Source: Octopus sinensis
Taxonomy: Eukaryota
NCBI RefSeq assembly: GCF_006345805.1
Contig: NC_043021.1
Coordinates: 27,528,001-27,592,000, forward strand
Length of the DNA: 64,000 bases
Direction: 5' to 3'
Both the position numbers and the translations under genes were made by a program. Positions within the stretch are counted from its first letter, which is position 1; every line of letters starts with the position of its first letter. The notes beneath the pieces are model-generated. The model ran no database searches and was not told the DNA's origin. It saw only the letters and a list, made by a program, of their open reading frames with translations. Below, piece by piece: positions 11,345 to 22,951 of this stretch.

Positions 11345-11465
11345 TATACGACAGGCTCCTTTTAGATTCCGCCTACCAGATGCATTAACAAGGATTTGGT
11401 TGTCTCGAGTCTATAGAGGTAGAGGGTGACTGAACTTGATCAATATCGTTGGGAAGCAAGCTTCT
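11345..11465 (-). mobile_element. Degraded SINE family A body (head at 14713-14750)
   Basis: The minus strand reads agaagcttgcttcccaacgatattgatcaagttcagtc..ctatagactcgag..ggtaggcggaatctaaaaggagcctgtcgtatata. Confidence 0.7.
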
Positions 11466-14400
11466 TTATTTCCTCAGATTTGCCATAAAGACATTATAAA
11501 GATGGAAACAAGTGCGGCGGGCTGGACAATAACACAAATGAGATGAAACGATGAACGACATAATGATATTAATGTGAGAGGCAAATCGACGCCCGCCGGT
11601 CAACCCCCGCCCTCGGTAACAACGTACTTCTTTCTTTTTTTCTTTTTTTGAAAGAAAAAAACAAACAGCAACACAAAGGAAATAATGAACCTCTAACATT
11701 AACATCAATCGAGGCACTAAGCCTCTTATCAATCTATATTGTTCATGAGACAACAAACCTCTACACTGTTCACAATATTCAATAAAAATTCAAAAACAAA
11801 ATGAGGCGCTAAGCTTCTTTCCTTTCTTTCCAAGCTCGGAACTTTCAATAACACTGAAGCTTTTCAACCTCTTATCATTATTCCTCCTCAACATCGCTTG
11901 TGCCCGCATACTCCGCCATCACCCACTCCTCATTCAAGATTAAAACGGGTGCCGTATCGGCGTCGCCCGCCCACAAGTGATATTCCTCATTGAGTCCCTG
12001 CAGCCTACACATCACGGGCAACGTTATGACCTTCATAGCTATTTGCGGACGCCATTCGGAATCCTGTGTGAAGGCTAAAGGTACTCCATTATGGTGCTTT
12101 TCAACCACATTTTCTACCTCTCCGCCTCTATAGAAGAAGACCAATAATTCGTCTTCTTCCGGGGGCAGGATATCCAATTCTACTGTTGGTGGCAAAGTTC
12201 CCGCCAACGGTGTCTCTTCTTCTGCCGGTGGCACAACCCATACCGACGTGGTTCCGGGACATTCCGGTACTATGTCACCAACTGCCGGAAATGTCCCGTT
12301 TCTCTTCTTCTTCCTCTTTTTTTCTTTTCAAATGAGGGGGGTGTGCGTCTCCTGCGTGACCGGAAGATTTGCCTCCCCTTCCTCATCCCTAGGATCCTTC
12401 GGTGAGCATCTATAACTGTTCCTTCTTTGAGGAGTCCTAAGCCACCTGGGCTGCCTTCATTCCCTCTTCTACAGAGGACTCAATCAACTGCTCCAAGAGC
12501 TTACTTTGTTCTGGGGACAGTTTTTATTTATATGGCCAGGCTCCAGGCACTGATGACACCTGTGGGGGGGGGGGTGACCCTCAAAAATCACCGGGTACCT
12601 GCACCCGGCCATTTTCAAAAAATCTGGAAAAGCCAGATTGACTGATTGGGTCCAAAGCGTCAAAACAGCTTTTGACCCAACCAAATCAGCCGCAGGAAAA
12701 ACTTTCATATTAAGGAGCTTGGCTCTGCTGCCACCCAGACCCCGGCGGATACTCTCTTCTATCCACTCGGTTTTTATTCCGGATAGCAACCCGCAGACCA
12801 AACCGCTTGTCAACCTCTTTATATGGTTACTCTGGGCTTTTTTTGAAACGTCATGTGAGAGGATTTCTCATACCAAAACTGAAATAGCCCATATATATAT
12901 GGTGTGGGGCGGGGTTTATGAATGTGTGTGTGTGTGTAATCGTTTTTTTTTTTTAGAAAAACATACATCCGGAGAAGTACACTCTAAGAAGTAGAGCAGT
13001 CTATATTTATTAGTGATCGAGACCGGTTTATATGGTTACTCTGGGCTTCCCGCCATAGAGGCTATGTGCATGAGTGAATGGGGGCGAGTTTGTGTGTTTG
13101 TGTGTGTGTGTACGTATGGACGTGTGTAGGAGATAATGCGTGCTTGTTCAGGTGGTGCGTGCATCTGTGTATGTGTGTCTGTGACTAAATAGTGTGCATG
13201 TATGTAGTGCATGTGGGCGAAAGTTATCTTCGTCTGTGCGTGTTGCGTATGTTTATACATGTTGCGTGTTTGTGTATTGTCTGCGTTGAGGTATTGTGTG
13301 CTTGTGTGTTATTACAATAGCATCAGAAAAGCCTCCCCTTCCTCAACCCTAGGATCCTTCGGTGAGCACCCATTGCTGCTCACCTTCATCCTTTTGCGGC
13401 CCTTCTTTGAGGAGTCCTCCGCCTCTTCGGCCGCCTTCATAAGGTCCTGGGGACAGTTTTTCTTTATATGGCCAGGCTCCTCAAAAATCACCGGGTACCT
13501 GCACCCGGCCATTTTCAAAAAATCTGGAAAAGCCAGATTGACTGATTGGGTCCAAAGCGTCAAAACAGCTTTTGACCCAACCAAATCAGCCGCAGGAAAA
13601 ACTTTCATATTAAGGAGCTTGGCTCTGCTGCCACCCAGACCCCGGCGCATACTCTCTTCTATCCACTCGGGTTTTATTCCGGATAGCAACCCGCAGACCA
13701 AACCGCTTGTCAACCTCTTCCCACAATACGTGGGAAGAAACAAAATTTTTGCCCTCTAAGGGCTGGGTCGCAAATTTGCGCGCTTCTGCAAGGGTGTCAA
13801 ATAGCAACCACACCGTTGCGTATATTACTCCCTCCCTGGAAATGAATTTCATAGTTGGTAGATACTCTGCCAACTCCTTTTCAATTACAGTCTTTTCAAA
13901 TAGGGCGATGGTATCCAGCGACTTAGAGTAAGTCCTCAACACCACCGTCCTCTTCACGGTCTTTCAACCACTGTTTGGGTGGTATAATTTCCCACTCCAA
14001 AGCATTGTCTTTTTTCATTGCAATGTTTATATTTAACAGTTCGAAAATAGTTCAAAATAAAACTTAAGAAGAGAGAAGAAAAAGAAAGAAATCAAAAGAA
14101 GGTCACAATAAAATGGAAGGAAGAAAAGGAAAACAAATCACGAATAATGAAAGTCAAAAAAGGTTTAGAAGAAAGAAAGTCAATAGTTCAAAAACACAGA
14201 AAAAAAATTTCCCCTTCCACTAGGTACTCCCGGCCAAGGCCGAACCCGGAATCCCACAACTGGAACACAACTTCCACAAAAACTGGTATACAAGTCGTTC
14301 AATCTACGGCGGCAAAGACACTCCCCCAAAACAGCAATTCTCACAATTATTTCAAAAATTCACAAAAAGTGAACAAATTTTTAGGACTCCCCCAAGTAAC

Positions 14401-14712
14401 AATTCTCACAATTGAGAAAAATATTCACTTAACATGAATCACTATTTTGGACCGGGATACGCCCCCAAACAATAATTCTCACAATTAAGTGAGAAAAAAT
14501 ATTCACTCGTCTGCAGGCAGACTAGAGTTTAGAATCCTGTGAGGACATCTTTCTTGTCCAAAAAATAACAAACTTCCACTGGACCCCCCCAAAACAAGAG
14601 TCTTACCTTACAGCAGAGCTTCGAAATTCTTCAATTCAGGACGCCTTCAAATGCACGTCTTGACAGCTTCAGTGCTTCAGTGCCAAATACTACACTGACT
14701 CGCACATGCCCA
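11466..14712 (-). mobile_element. ORF1-only Tx1-like element, copy 2 (rearranged: internal ORF1 duplication plus ~490 bp foreign DNA)
   Basis: 16-bp TSD tggga(a/t)gcaagcttct at 11450-11465 and 14714-14729. ORF1 pieces at 13330-14020 (knuckle deleted) and 11878-12820 (intact CHQCLEPGHINKNC). The 3' end reads ttatggcaaatctgaggAAATAAA. Confidence 0.8.
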
Positions 14713-14780
14713 GTGGGATGCAAGCTTCTACCACACAACCACACCGGTAAATATGCACGTAGATATATGTATATATAGGC

Positions 14781-14925
14781 CGAGGAGTGGCTGTGTGGTA
14801 AGCACCTTGCTTACCACACAGCTTGCTTCGTGGCTCGTTGGGAGAGTGTCTCCTCCTATAGCCTCGGGCCGACCAAACCCTTGTGAGAGGATTTGGTAGA
14901 CAGAAAATGAAAGAAGCTCGTCGTA
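14781..14925 (+). mobile_element. SINE family A 5' half
   Basis: ggccgaggagtggctgtgtggtaagc..ctatagcctcgggccgaccaaaccc..ggatttggtagacagaaaatgaaagaagctcgtcg. Confidence 0.8.
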
Positions 14926-15059
14926 CACACACACACACACACACGCGCGCGCGCGCACACACATGTATGTAAATAGATGTATGTATTTTTCCCTTGTTGA
15001 CAATTAGCACGGAAGAAATAGATAAATAGTTACCAGGGTAGCAAAAAATCACACAAGTA

Positions 15060-15785
15060 GAGAGGTTGTAACTCCTTATTTTTAAAGGTAGAAACTTCGG
15101 GTTTACGTGGAATTTTTTTGTATAATATATATATAGATAAATAAATGGAGTGAAACAAAGGTGTTATTCAAATTCTTTTACTTCCGACACATGTTTCGAA
15201 GATTTCACTGATACTATTCCAAAGGAATAAAATGGTGTAAAACAATGTAATCTTCTCTACAGGGAAGTGAAGAAATGAAACTCGTCAATAAGATATTTTA
15301 ACAGAAAATGATGGATATGTATAGTGATTAAATGAACGCTATTAATATTGTTTAAAAAAAACGTTATAGGATAAAACGTCAGAGGTAGCCTATAGAAAGA
15401 GTAGGGATAAAGTAAAGAAAAACTAAATAAATGATAAGTATATGACTATATATATATATTAAATAAAACCATATAGACTAGGAAAAATATATATCTAGTG
15501 AATGTGAAATGTAAGAAGAAAATTAATGTTTAAATTATATATAATGATAAAAATCACTTATATGAACAAAAGTTGTGTTTCTGCCAATGCTTACGTCGGT
15601 ATGCACGCTGTATAACCATGTTTATAAGGGGATTTTTAGAAAAAAGAATAAAAATTAGTTCAGAATTACAGAGAAGACAGAATTTTTTTGCCTTTGTCAT
15701 AAGGTATCGAGATTGAGAGAATCAACCAATCTAAATTAAATTTTTCATTGTGGTCTTTTAGATCCCAAATTAATTTACTAAGCCC
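15060..15785 (-). mobile_element. Neptune-type Penelope-like element 3' end (GIY-YIG C-terminus, 3'UTR, hammerhead)
   Basis: The minus strand of 15640-15785 translates IWDLKDHNEKFNLDWLILSISIPYDKGK..CLLCNSELIFI, matching IWELK..NWEIV..PY..CQLC at 30570-30680. Confidence 0.7.
15180..15268 (-). ncRNA. Type I hammerhead motif with A6U substitution
   Basis: The minus strand reads acttcc-CTGTAGA-gaagat..atcttc-GAAA-c-atgt-gtc-ggaagt, with perfect 6-bp stems I and II. Confidence 0.65.
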
Positions 15786-15849
15786 TGTACTGTTACGTTT
15801 ATTCCTATCCCTAAATGTAGAGTAATGATCAGAAATATTAGAAAGGAAT

Positions 15850-16232
15850 ATTGGGTGAATGTACCAGTGAAGACCTCAATATAATATAAGCACAATGGGC
15901 CTGATATAAGGATTTGGCATAAAGAGAAACTGTGCAGAGGTGTGGAAATTAGCTGTCCAGTGGATTTCAACATAAAGCTGAAGATCAGTGAAAAAAAGAA
16001 CACCTATGCTGAACCCTTGAGAAATCTGCATTTACTCTATCCAGATTACAAGTTCAGGTTCATACCTGTAATTATTGGAGCCCTGGGATATGTAACACAC
16101 TACCTAAATACCAATCTTGAGAAATTTGGCTTCTCAAAACCAGAAAGGAGAAAGCTAATTCGAAGACTACAGATCCAATCTATCACTGGAACTATAAGAA
16201 TCTGTAAAACTTCCCTGAAGATTATCTTTTAA
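15850..16232 (+). mobile_element. REL-endonuclease LINE 3' fragment (R4/NeSL-like)
   Basis: ..HNGPDIRIWHKEKLCRGVEISCPVDFNIKLKISEKKNTY..FIPVIIGALG..: PD..(D/E)..K-type RLE motif. Confidence 0.75.
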
Positions 16233-16518
16233 AAATGTTTAGATATGTAACTATATGCATGAGAATACATACATAAAACATGCAAATTTGCACATACATG
16301 CAGGTATCCATACATAAATACATACAAACATACATGCATACACAAATACCTGTCGTTTGTGTTGAAATTCGAACGGAGCCTTGTGTCTAGATTAGAAACC
16401 GGTTCACTCTTTATTGGCAAGTAATCTTGAAATAAAACTGAATAATGGCATACATACATACACGCATATAAATCCATATACATATGCATACTAATACATA
16501 CACATATGCTTATATGTA

Positions 16519-16561
<43 letters not shown>

Positions 16562-17257
16562 TATATATATGCAAAATAAAGGAAGAAACAAATACTTGTA
16601 CGACGTTAGTGCATTAATTAGCAATTTGAAGCGACATTCTTCATAGACTCTGGTGGCACATATCGGAATTATAGTGTAATATAACTATCAAAGACATGTC
16701 TATAAACGATACAAAATAAACATATGAGAAACTTCCCATCCAAATATCATAAATTTACGGAGAAGATAGAAGCATGTAATAAGTTTAGTATATTAATTAC
16801 AAAACAGAGACGGTGTTTATTACATCCTGAATATATATTTGGGCAAACACAACTGAATTATATTCCAGTGTCTCTGCTGATGTGTCTGGTGACGTGAAAA
16901 CAAAAGCGACAAATTTACATTTACAACATTTATATTGGTTCATGAGTGGCTACGAGGTTAAAGACCCACTTTGGAACCATGTCGCTTCGGGTTCAGTATT
17001 ACTGCGTGGCATTTGGCAAATGAAGTAGACTGACATGTAATTTTTGAACTTGTGGAAGGCACGCTAGTTGCCGAAATATCGTCCAACCAATTTCTCATGA
17101 TAAGTATGGCACTCTTTTATTTATTTCTCCATCATCATTATCATCATCATCATCATCATCGATGATGATGATGATGATGATGATGACGATCGGGTCATTG
17201 CGTTTCCTTTTCCTCTTTTGCAAACAGTCAAATTTATCTCGATCACACTGCATATAG

Positions 17258-17669
17258 TCTTTTACTCTTTTACTTGTTTCAGTCATTCGACTGTGGCCAT
17301 ACTGGAGCACCGTCTTTAGTCGACCAAATCGAATCCAAGACTTATCCTTTGTAAGCCTAGTACTTATTCTATCGGTATCTTTTGTCGAACCGCTAAGTTA
17401 CGGGAACGTAAACACACCAGCATCGGTTGTCAAGCGATGTTGGGGTGGGGAGGGACAAACAGACACACAAACATATACACACATACATATATATATATAC
17501 ATATATATGACGGACTTCTTTCAGTTTCCGTCTACCAAATCCACTCACAAGGCTTTGGTCGGCCCGAGGCTATAGGAGAAGACAATCTCCCAATGTGTCA
17601 CGCAGTGGGAATGAACCCGAACCATATGGTTGGTAAGCAAGCTGCTTGCCACACAGCCACTCCTACGCC
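17258..17669 (-). mobile_element. SINE family A, full-length uninterrupted reference copy
   Basis: Head ggcgtaggagtggctgtgtggcaagcagcttgcttaccaaccatatggttcggg, CORE-like segment, (TA)(TG) microsatellite, and tail ..gactgaaacaagtaaaagagtaaaagac. Confidence 0.9.
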
Positions 17670-18065
17670 AATGTTTATTAATAGTTCATTTAGGCAACAC
17701 GATGCTAATAACATGGTGTTAGAACTCGGTATACATATATTTCAGGAAAAAGGCCGTCAGTCGAGTACTGAGCGTAATAAGAGATTATGTATAGGACAAA
17801 GGAAAAAGATATTATATAAGGAACTTCAATAAATTACGGCTGTTTCTGCAATAAGATCCAATGCACTCATAATTGTGTGCTTGTGCACCAGCTTATAGCC
17901 TCATCGGAGCTTCTGAAATGTATGTGTCTATGTCTTTCTTTGAGTTAACGAAAAAAACGTACATACATACATTTCAGTAGCTCCGACGAAGCTATAGGAT
18001 AATGCACAAACACTCAATTATTAGTGCAGAAGCAGTATGTATGTATGTTTGTCTGTTTGTCTGTC

Positions 18066-18140
<75 letters not shown>

Positions 18141-18341
18141 ATATGTATGTATGTATATATGTATGTATGTATGTGTGTATGCATGTATGTATGAAAGTAT
18201 ATACACATATACACAAGTATCTGTGTGCATGTGTGTTTTTGTGGTTTGTGCCCGTGTTTGTCTTTCGCAATAGCTAAAAACTGTTTTTAGTTTGTTTACG
18301 TGACTATAGCTAAGCTGTTCGGTAAAAGCGACCAATAGAAA

Positions 18342-18501
18342 GGCGGCGAGCTGGCAGAAGCGTTAGCACGCCGGACGAAATGCTTAGTGGTATTTCGTCT
18401 GTCTTTACGATCTGAGTTCAAATTCCGCAGAGGTCGACTTTGCCTTTCATTCTTCCGGGGTTGTCGACAAATTAAGTGCGAGTTGTGTACTGGGGTCGAT
18501 T
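18342..18501 (+). mobile_element. SINE family B
   Basis: ggcggcgagctggcagaagcgttagcacgccggacgaaatgcttag..ctgagttcaaattccgc.gaggtcgactttgcctttcattc. Confidence 0.85.
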
Positions 18502-19852
18502 TATTATTATTATTATTATTATCATTATTATCATTTATTTTCCTTCTTTCTTCAAAATTTCCCCCGTTTCTCGCCGAGTGTTTTCCGTACACCTAAGGCA
18601 GAGAAGCTCATTGTATGCATTCCCAGATTACACACGAAAATTCACAGGTAAAATATGTATTTAAAAAAAATTAATTAATAAATAAATTCATGAATGGATG
18701 TTGTTTTCACAGCAATAATGCTCTTCTGAGTACATGAGCCGTTCCAGTTAACACGATTTTTTGCACTTCCTGTAGGGATGGTAAGCCTGGTATCATTTTC
18801 AAATTGGTTTCAGTACCTTTTTTAATCATTCCTAGAGATCCTATAATCACTGGTCCTGTAGTCGCCTTGAGATGCCACATTTTTTCAATATCTATTAACA
18901 AGTCTTTATATTTACTGATCTTGTCAAATTCTTTCGCCGCTATATTGTGATCGCAAGGAATACTCATGTCAATTAATAAACACATCTTTTTTGTCCGATC
19001 TTTTATAATAATATCCGGTTTATTATCTTTTATAGTTTTGTCGGTATGTGCGGGGAAGTCCCATAGAATCGACACATTATCTTCCTCAGTCACAACTTCA
19101 GGATGGTGTTTATACCATTTGTCAGCGGATTTGATTTTATAATGCCGACATATTGTCCAGTGTAAATACTGGCCGACTCTGTCATGTCTTGTTTTATATT
19201 CTACAGGTTCTAAGACTCTACACCCTGAGATTAGGTGGTCTATAGTTTCAATCTCATCGTTACAGAATCGGCATTTTGGGTTAGCTCCATTTTTTTATCA
19301 CATTGGCTTGGTAGTTCCGAGTTAATAAGCTTTGGTCTTGAGCAGCTAATATGAAACCTTCACTCTCTGCTTTTAGCCCTGAGCTTCGTAAACATTGGTG
19401 CGTGTGTTTCTGGTCGACATCAGCTTGTTTGCAATTAATTTAACTTTCTTGGCAGCTGCAGTTGGTGCATTTCCTTCAACCTGCTCAATCTGGTGGTATC
19501 TAAAAGATCAATAGCGAATGTTTTGCTCACTTTCAGAATAGAGTGAAGTTTTTTCAGTCTTTTATGTTTTTCAACAAGTTTTAGCATTCAATCGTTGGTT
19601 GCTTCCAGGTCTTTGGCCAGTCCGATTGTGGTGGTTTTGTATGTAAATTCAAGCTGGATCAAGCCTCGACCTCCCTGAGCTCTGGGAAGGTAAAGACGAT
19701 CCACGTCTACCTTTGAATGGTGCATCTTATTACAAGTTAGTAGCTTGCGGATTTTTCTGTCAATTTTCATTATTTCACTGGTATTCCAGTTAAGCACATT
19801 GAAATTATAAAGAACAACTGGGACTGCTAAGGAATTTATGGCTAACACCTTA
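18502..19852 (-). mobile_element. R4/Dong-type LINE, 5'-truncated, with (TAA)n at its 3' end
   Basis: RT thumb LAINSLAVPVVLYNF..RLYLPRAQGGRGL, zinc finger ..ETIDHLISGC, RLE WDFPAHTDKTIKDNKPDIIIKD..LIDMSIP..KISKYKDL. Confidence 0.85.
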
Positions 19853-21214
19853 TTATTCTATGTTTGACTTTTGCTTTACATTTGCACAAGTTGGTTCCAA
19901 GTCTCTCCCAGAGACCCCAAGAGACAACAAGTTGGAAGTTCATGTTGGTGTTATGCCTAGGGTGCCATATATTTGGTTCTGTACAAAGTGTTGTACTAGT
20001 AAATGTCTAAAAAACCATATGAAAATTATGTGTTTGTTTTAAAGCTTGAGATTACATAGAAAGTATTTTGCGTAGGATATGAGCAGTTCCCATGAGCACT
20101 ATCTTTTGAATTTCTGCCATTTTGGAGTTTCCTGACATCTGAGTTAGGCAGCAATCAGCCCCTTTTGCTATCATTCCCAGGGCACCTATGACAACTGGTA
20201 TTGTTTTAGTCTTCAGGTTCCACATTTTGCTGATTTCTATTTCAAGATCATTATATTTGCTCAGTTTTTGGTAGGTCTTGACAGATACGTTTATATCGAT
20301 TGGGACAGTCATATCAATAAGGAGGCATGTTTTTTGTCTGAAGTCTTTTACTATGATGTTTGGCCTATTCACGTCTATCTTTCTGTCAGTTTGAATGGTG
20401 AAGTTCCAGAGGTGTGAGATGTGATCATTTTCAAGCACTAGAGTTGGTTTGTGTTCCCACCAGTTTTTATCATGGGACAAGTCCAGTGAATATATAGTGC
20501 AGCTCTATCATGCCTGTTGAGATACTCTGTAGGTGCAAGAAGACTGCACTCGGAGACAACAAAATGGTTTCATTTTGTTGTTGACATACTCGACATGTTG
20601 GGCTACTGCCGTTCTTCTATATGTTGGCCTGGTAGTTCCTTGTAGGTAGGCATTGATCTTGAGCTGCTATGATAAACCCTTCTGTTTCAGATTTTAAGCC
20701 AGAGGCCATTAGCCATTAATGGGTCAGGGCTTTGTCAACATCTGCAGTATTCGCTCTCTTTGGGTATTTGCCATTGAGAGGTTTTTCTTGCTATTTATCA
20801 TTCAGAATATCTAAGGCAGCAGTTTTAGCACGGGTTTTCATGCGCTTAGCTTTTTCTGTGTTTGTTTCTTGTATGTCTAATTCCGAAATTTGTTGTATTC
20901 GGAATTCACTTAGATATTCCATTGCCTGTTTTGTTACTGAGTATGATGCTTTCTTGTTTTCATGTTTTGAGACAAGTTTTAACATCCAGTCCGCAGAGTT
21001 TCTCAGGTAGGTGTCTAGGCCAATTGTAGCAACCTTCATTGTTATTGCCAGTTGTAAAAGCCCACGTCCTCCCTCTTTTCTTGGTATATAAAGTCGATCT
21101 GTATCTGCCTTAGGGTGGTGCATTCCATGCATTGTCAGCAGTTTTCGTATTTTTCTGTCAAGATTACATATTTCAGTAATTGGCCAGTTAACGATATTGA
21201 AACTGTAAGTCACG
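19853..21214 (-). mobile_element. Second R4/Dong-type LINE, 5'-truncated, head-to-tail with the first
   Basis: [81 protein letters not shown]. The 3'UTR ends aaacatagAATAATAA, and (TAA)n lies at 21218-21250. Confidence 0.85.
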
Positions 21215-21216
21215 AC

Positions 21217-21249
<33 letters not shown>

Positions 21250-21532
21250 GGTTTCCTGACTGGCACCAACTGAATAGATTTTCAGATCGATCCGGTACCA
21301 GACAAGGATTATGGATTAGTGTGCCTGTTTTTTTTACTTAATTTTTGAGAGCGGTTGGATTCATTTTTAGCATTCTCATTTATGAGAGCAAGAGTTTATT
21401 TCAGATATTCTCATTTTAAAAATCATCTCAGGCTAATCGTGGACAGGACTTTAATGTTGCCTTGGCGGAGGTTTGCGCTCTCTGAGTGCTCTTGTTACTA
21501 TTATTATTATTATTGTTGTTGTTGTTATCATA

Positions 21533-21573
21533 GGCGCAGGAGTGGCTGTGTGGTGAGAAGCTTGCTTCCCAAC
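21533..21573 (+). mobile_element. SINE family A head interrupted by ORF1-only element copy 3
   Basis: ggcgcaggagtggctgtgtggtgagaagcttgcttcccaac, followed immediately by tgcgcatgtgtgagtc. Confidence 0.85.
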
Positions 21574-22951
21574 TGCGCATGTGTGAGTCCGTGTTGTGTT
21601 TGGAACTGAAGCTGTAAAGACGTGCTTTTGAAGCCGTCTTCAATTGAAGAATTTTGAAGCGCAGCTGTAAGACTTGTTTTTTGGGTCCAGTGAGGGTTTG
21701 TTGTTTGCGGTAATTATTTTTGTACAAGCAAGACATCGTCACTGGATTGTAAACTCTAGTCTGTCTGCAGAGGAGTGAACATTTTTTTCTCACTTAATTG
21801 TGAGAATTATTGCTTGGGGACGTATCCCGCTTCCAAATTAGTGGTTCACGTTAAGTGAATATTTTTTCTTAATTGTGAGAATTGTTACTTGGGGGAGTCC
21901 TAGAAATTTGTTCACTTTTTGTGAATTTTTGAAATAATTGTGAGAATTGCTGTTTTGGGGAAGTGTCTTTGCCTCCGAAGAATGAACGACTTGTATACCA
22001 GTTTTTGTGGAAGTTGTGTTCCAGTTGTGGCATTCCGGGTTCGGCCTTGGCCGGGAGTACCTAGTGGAAGAGGAAATTTTTTTTCTGTGTTTTTGAACTA
22101 TTGACTTTCTTTCTTCTAAACCTTTTTTTGACTTTCATTATTCGTGATTTGTTTTCCTTTTCTTCCTTCCATTTTATTGTGACCTTCTTTTGATTTCTTT
22201 CTTTTTCTTCTCTCTTCTTAAGTTTTATTTTGAACTATTTTCGAACTGTTAAATAAAAACATTGCAATGAAAAAAGACAATGCTTTGGAGTGGGAAATTA
22301 TACCACCCAAACAGTGGTTGAAAGACCGTGAAGAGGACGGTGGTGTTGAGGACTTACTCTAAGTCGCTGGATACCATCGCCCTATTTGAAAAGACTGTAA
22401 TTGAAAAGGAGTTGGCAGAGTATCTACCAACTATGAAATTCATTTCCAGGGAGGGAGTAATATACGCAACGGTGTGGTTGCTATTTGACACCCTTGAAGA
22501 AGCGCGCAAATTTGCGAACCAGCCCTTAGAGGGCAAAAATTTTGTTTCTTCCCACGTATTGTGGGAAGAGGTTGACAAGCGGTTTGGTCTGCGGGTTGCT
22601 ATCCGGAATAAAACCGAGTGGATAGAAGAGAGTATGCGCCGGGGTCTGGTGGCAGCAGAGCCAAGCTCCTTAATATGAAAGTTTTTCCTGCGGCTGATTT
22701 GGTTGGGTCAAAAGCTGTTTTGACGCTTTGGACCCAATCAGTCAATCTGGCTTTTCCAGATTTTTGAAAATGGCCGGGTGCAGGTACCCGGTGATTTTTG
22801 AGGAGCCTGGCCATATAAAGAAAAACTGTCCCCAGGACCTTATGAAGGCGGCCGAAGAGGCGGAGGACTCCTCAAAGAAGGGCCGCAAAAGGATGAAGGT
22901 GAGCAGCAATGGGTGCTCACCGAAGGATCCTAGGGTTGAGGAAGGGGAGGC
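21574..22951 (+). mobile_element. ORF1-only Tx1-like element, copy 3 (3'-truncated, knuckle deleted)
   Basis: The 5'UTR and ORF1 (ATG at 22267, MKKDNALEWEIIPPKQWLKDRE..) are homologous to copies 1 and 2. It breaks off at ..gaaggggaggc with no 3' TSD. Confidence 0.8.

Noticed and set aside
16870-16910. ctgatgtgtctggtgacgtgaaaac as a hammerhead
   Set aside because: The core and stem III/NUH are too degraded, and no stem I could be found.
21796-21948. AATTGTGAG resemblance to the lac operator
   Set aside because: It matches only the first 9 bp (no CGGATAACAATT), is integral to the retroelement UTR in diverged copies, and there is no vector sequence.
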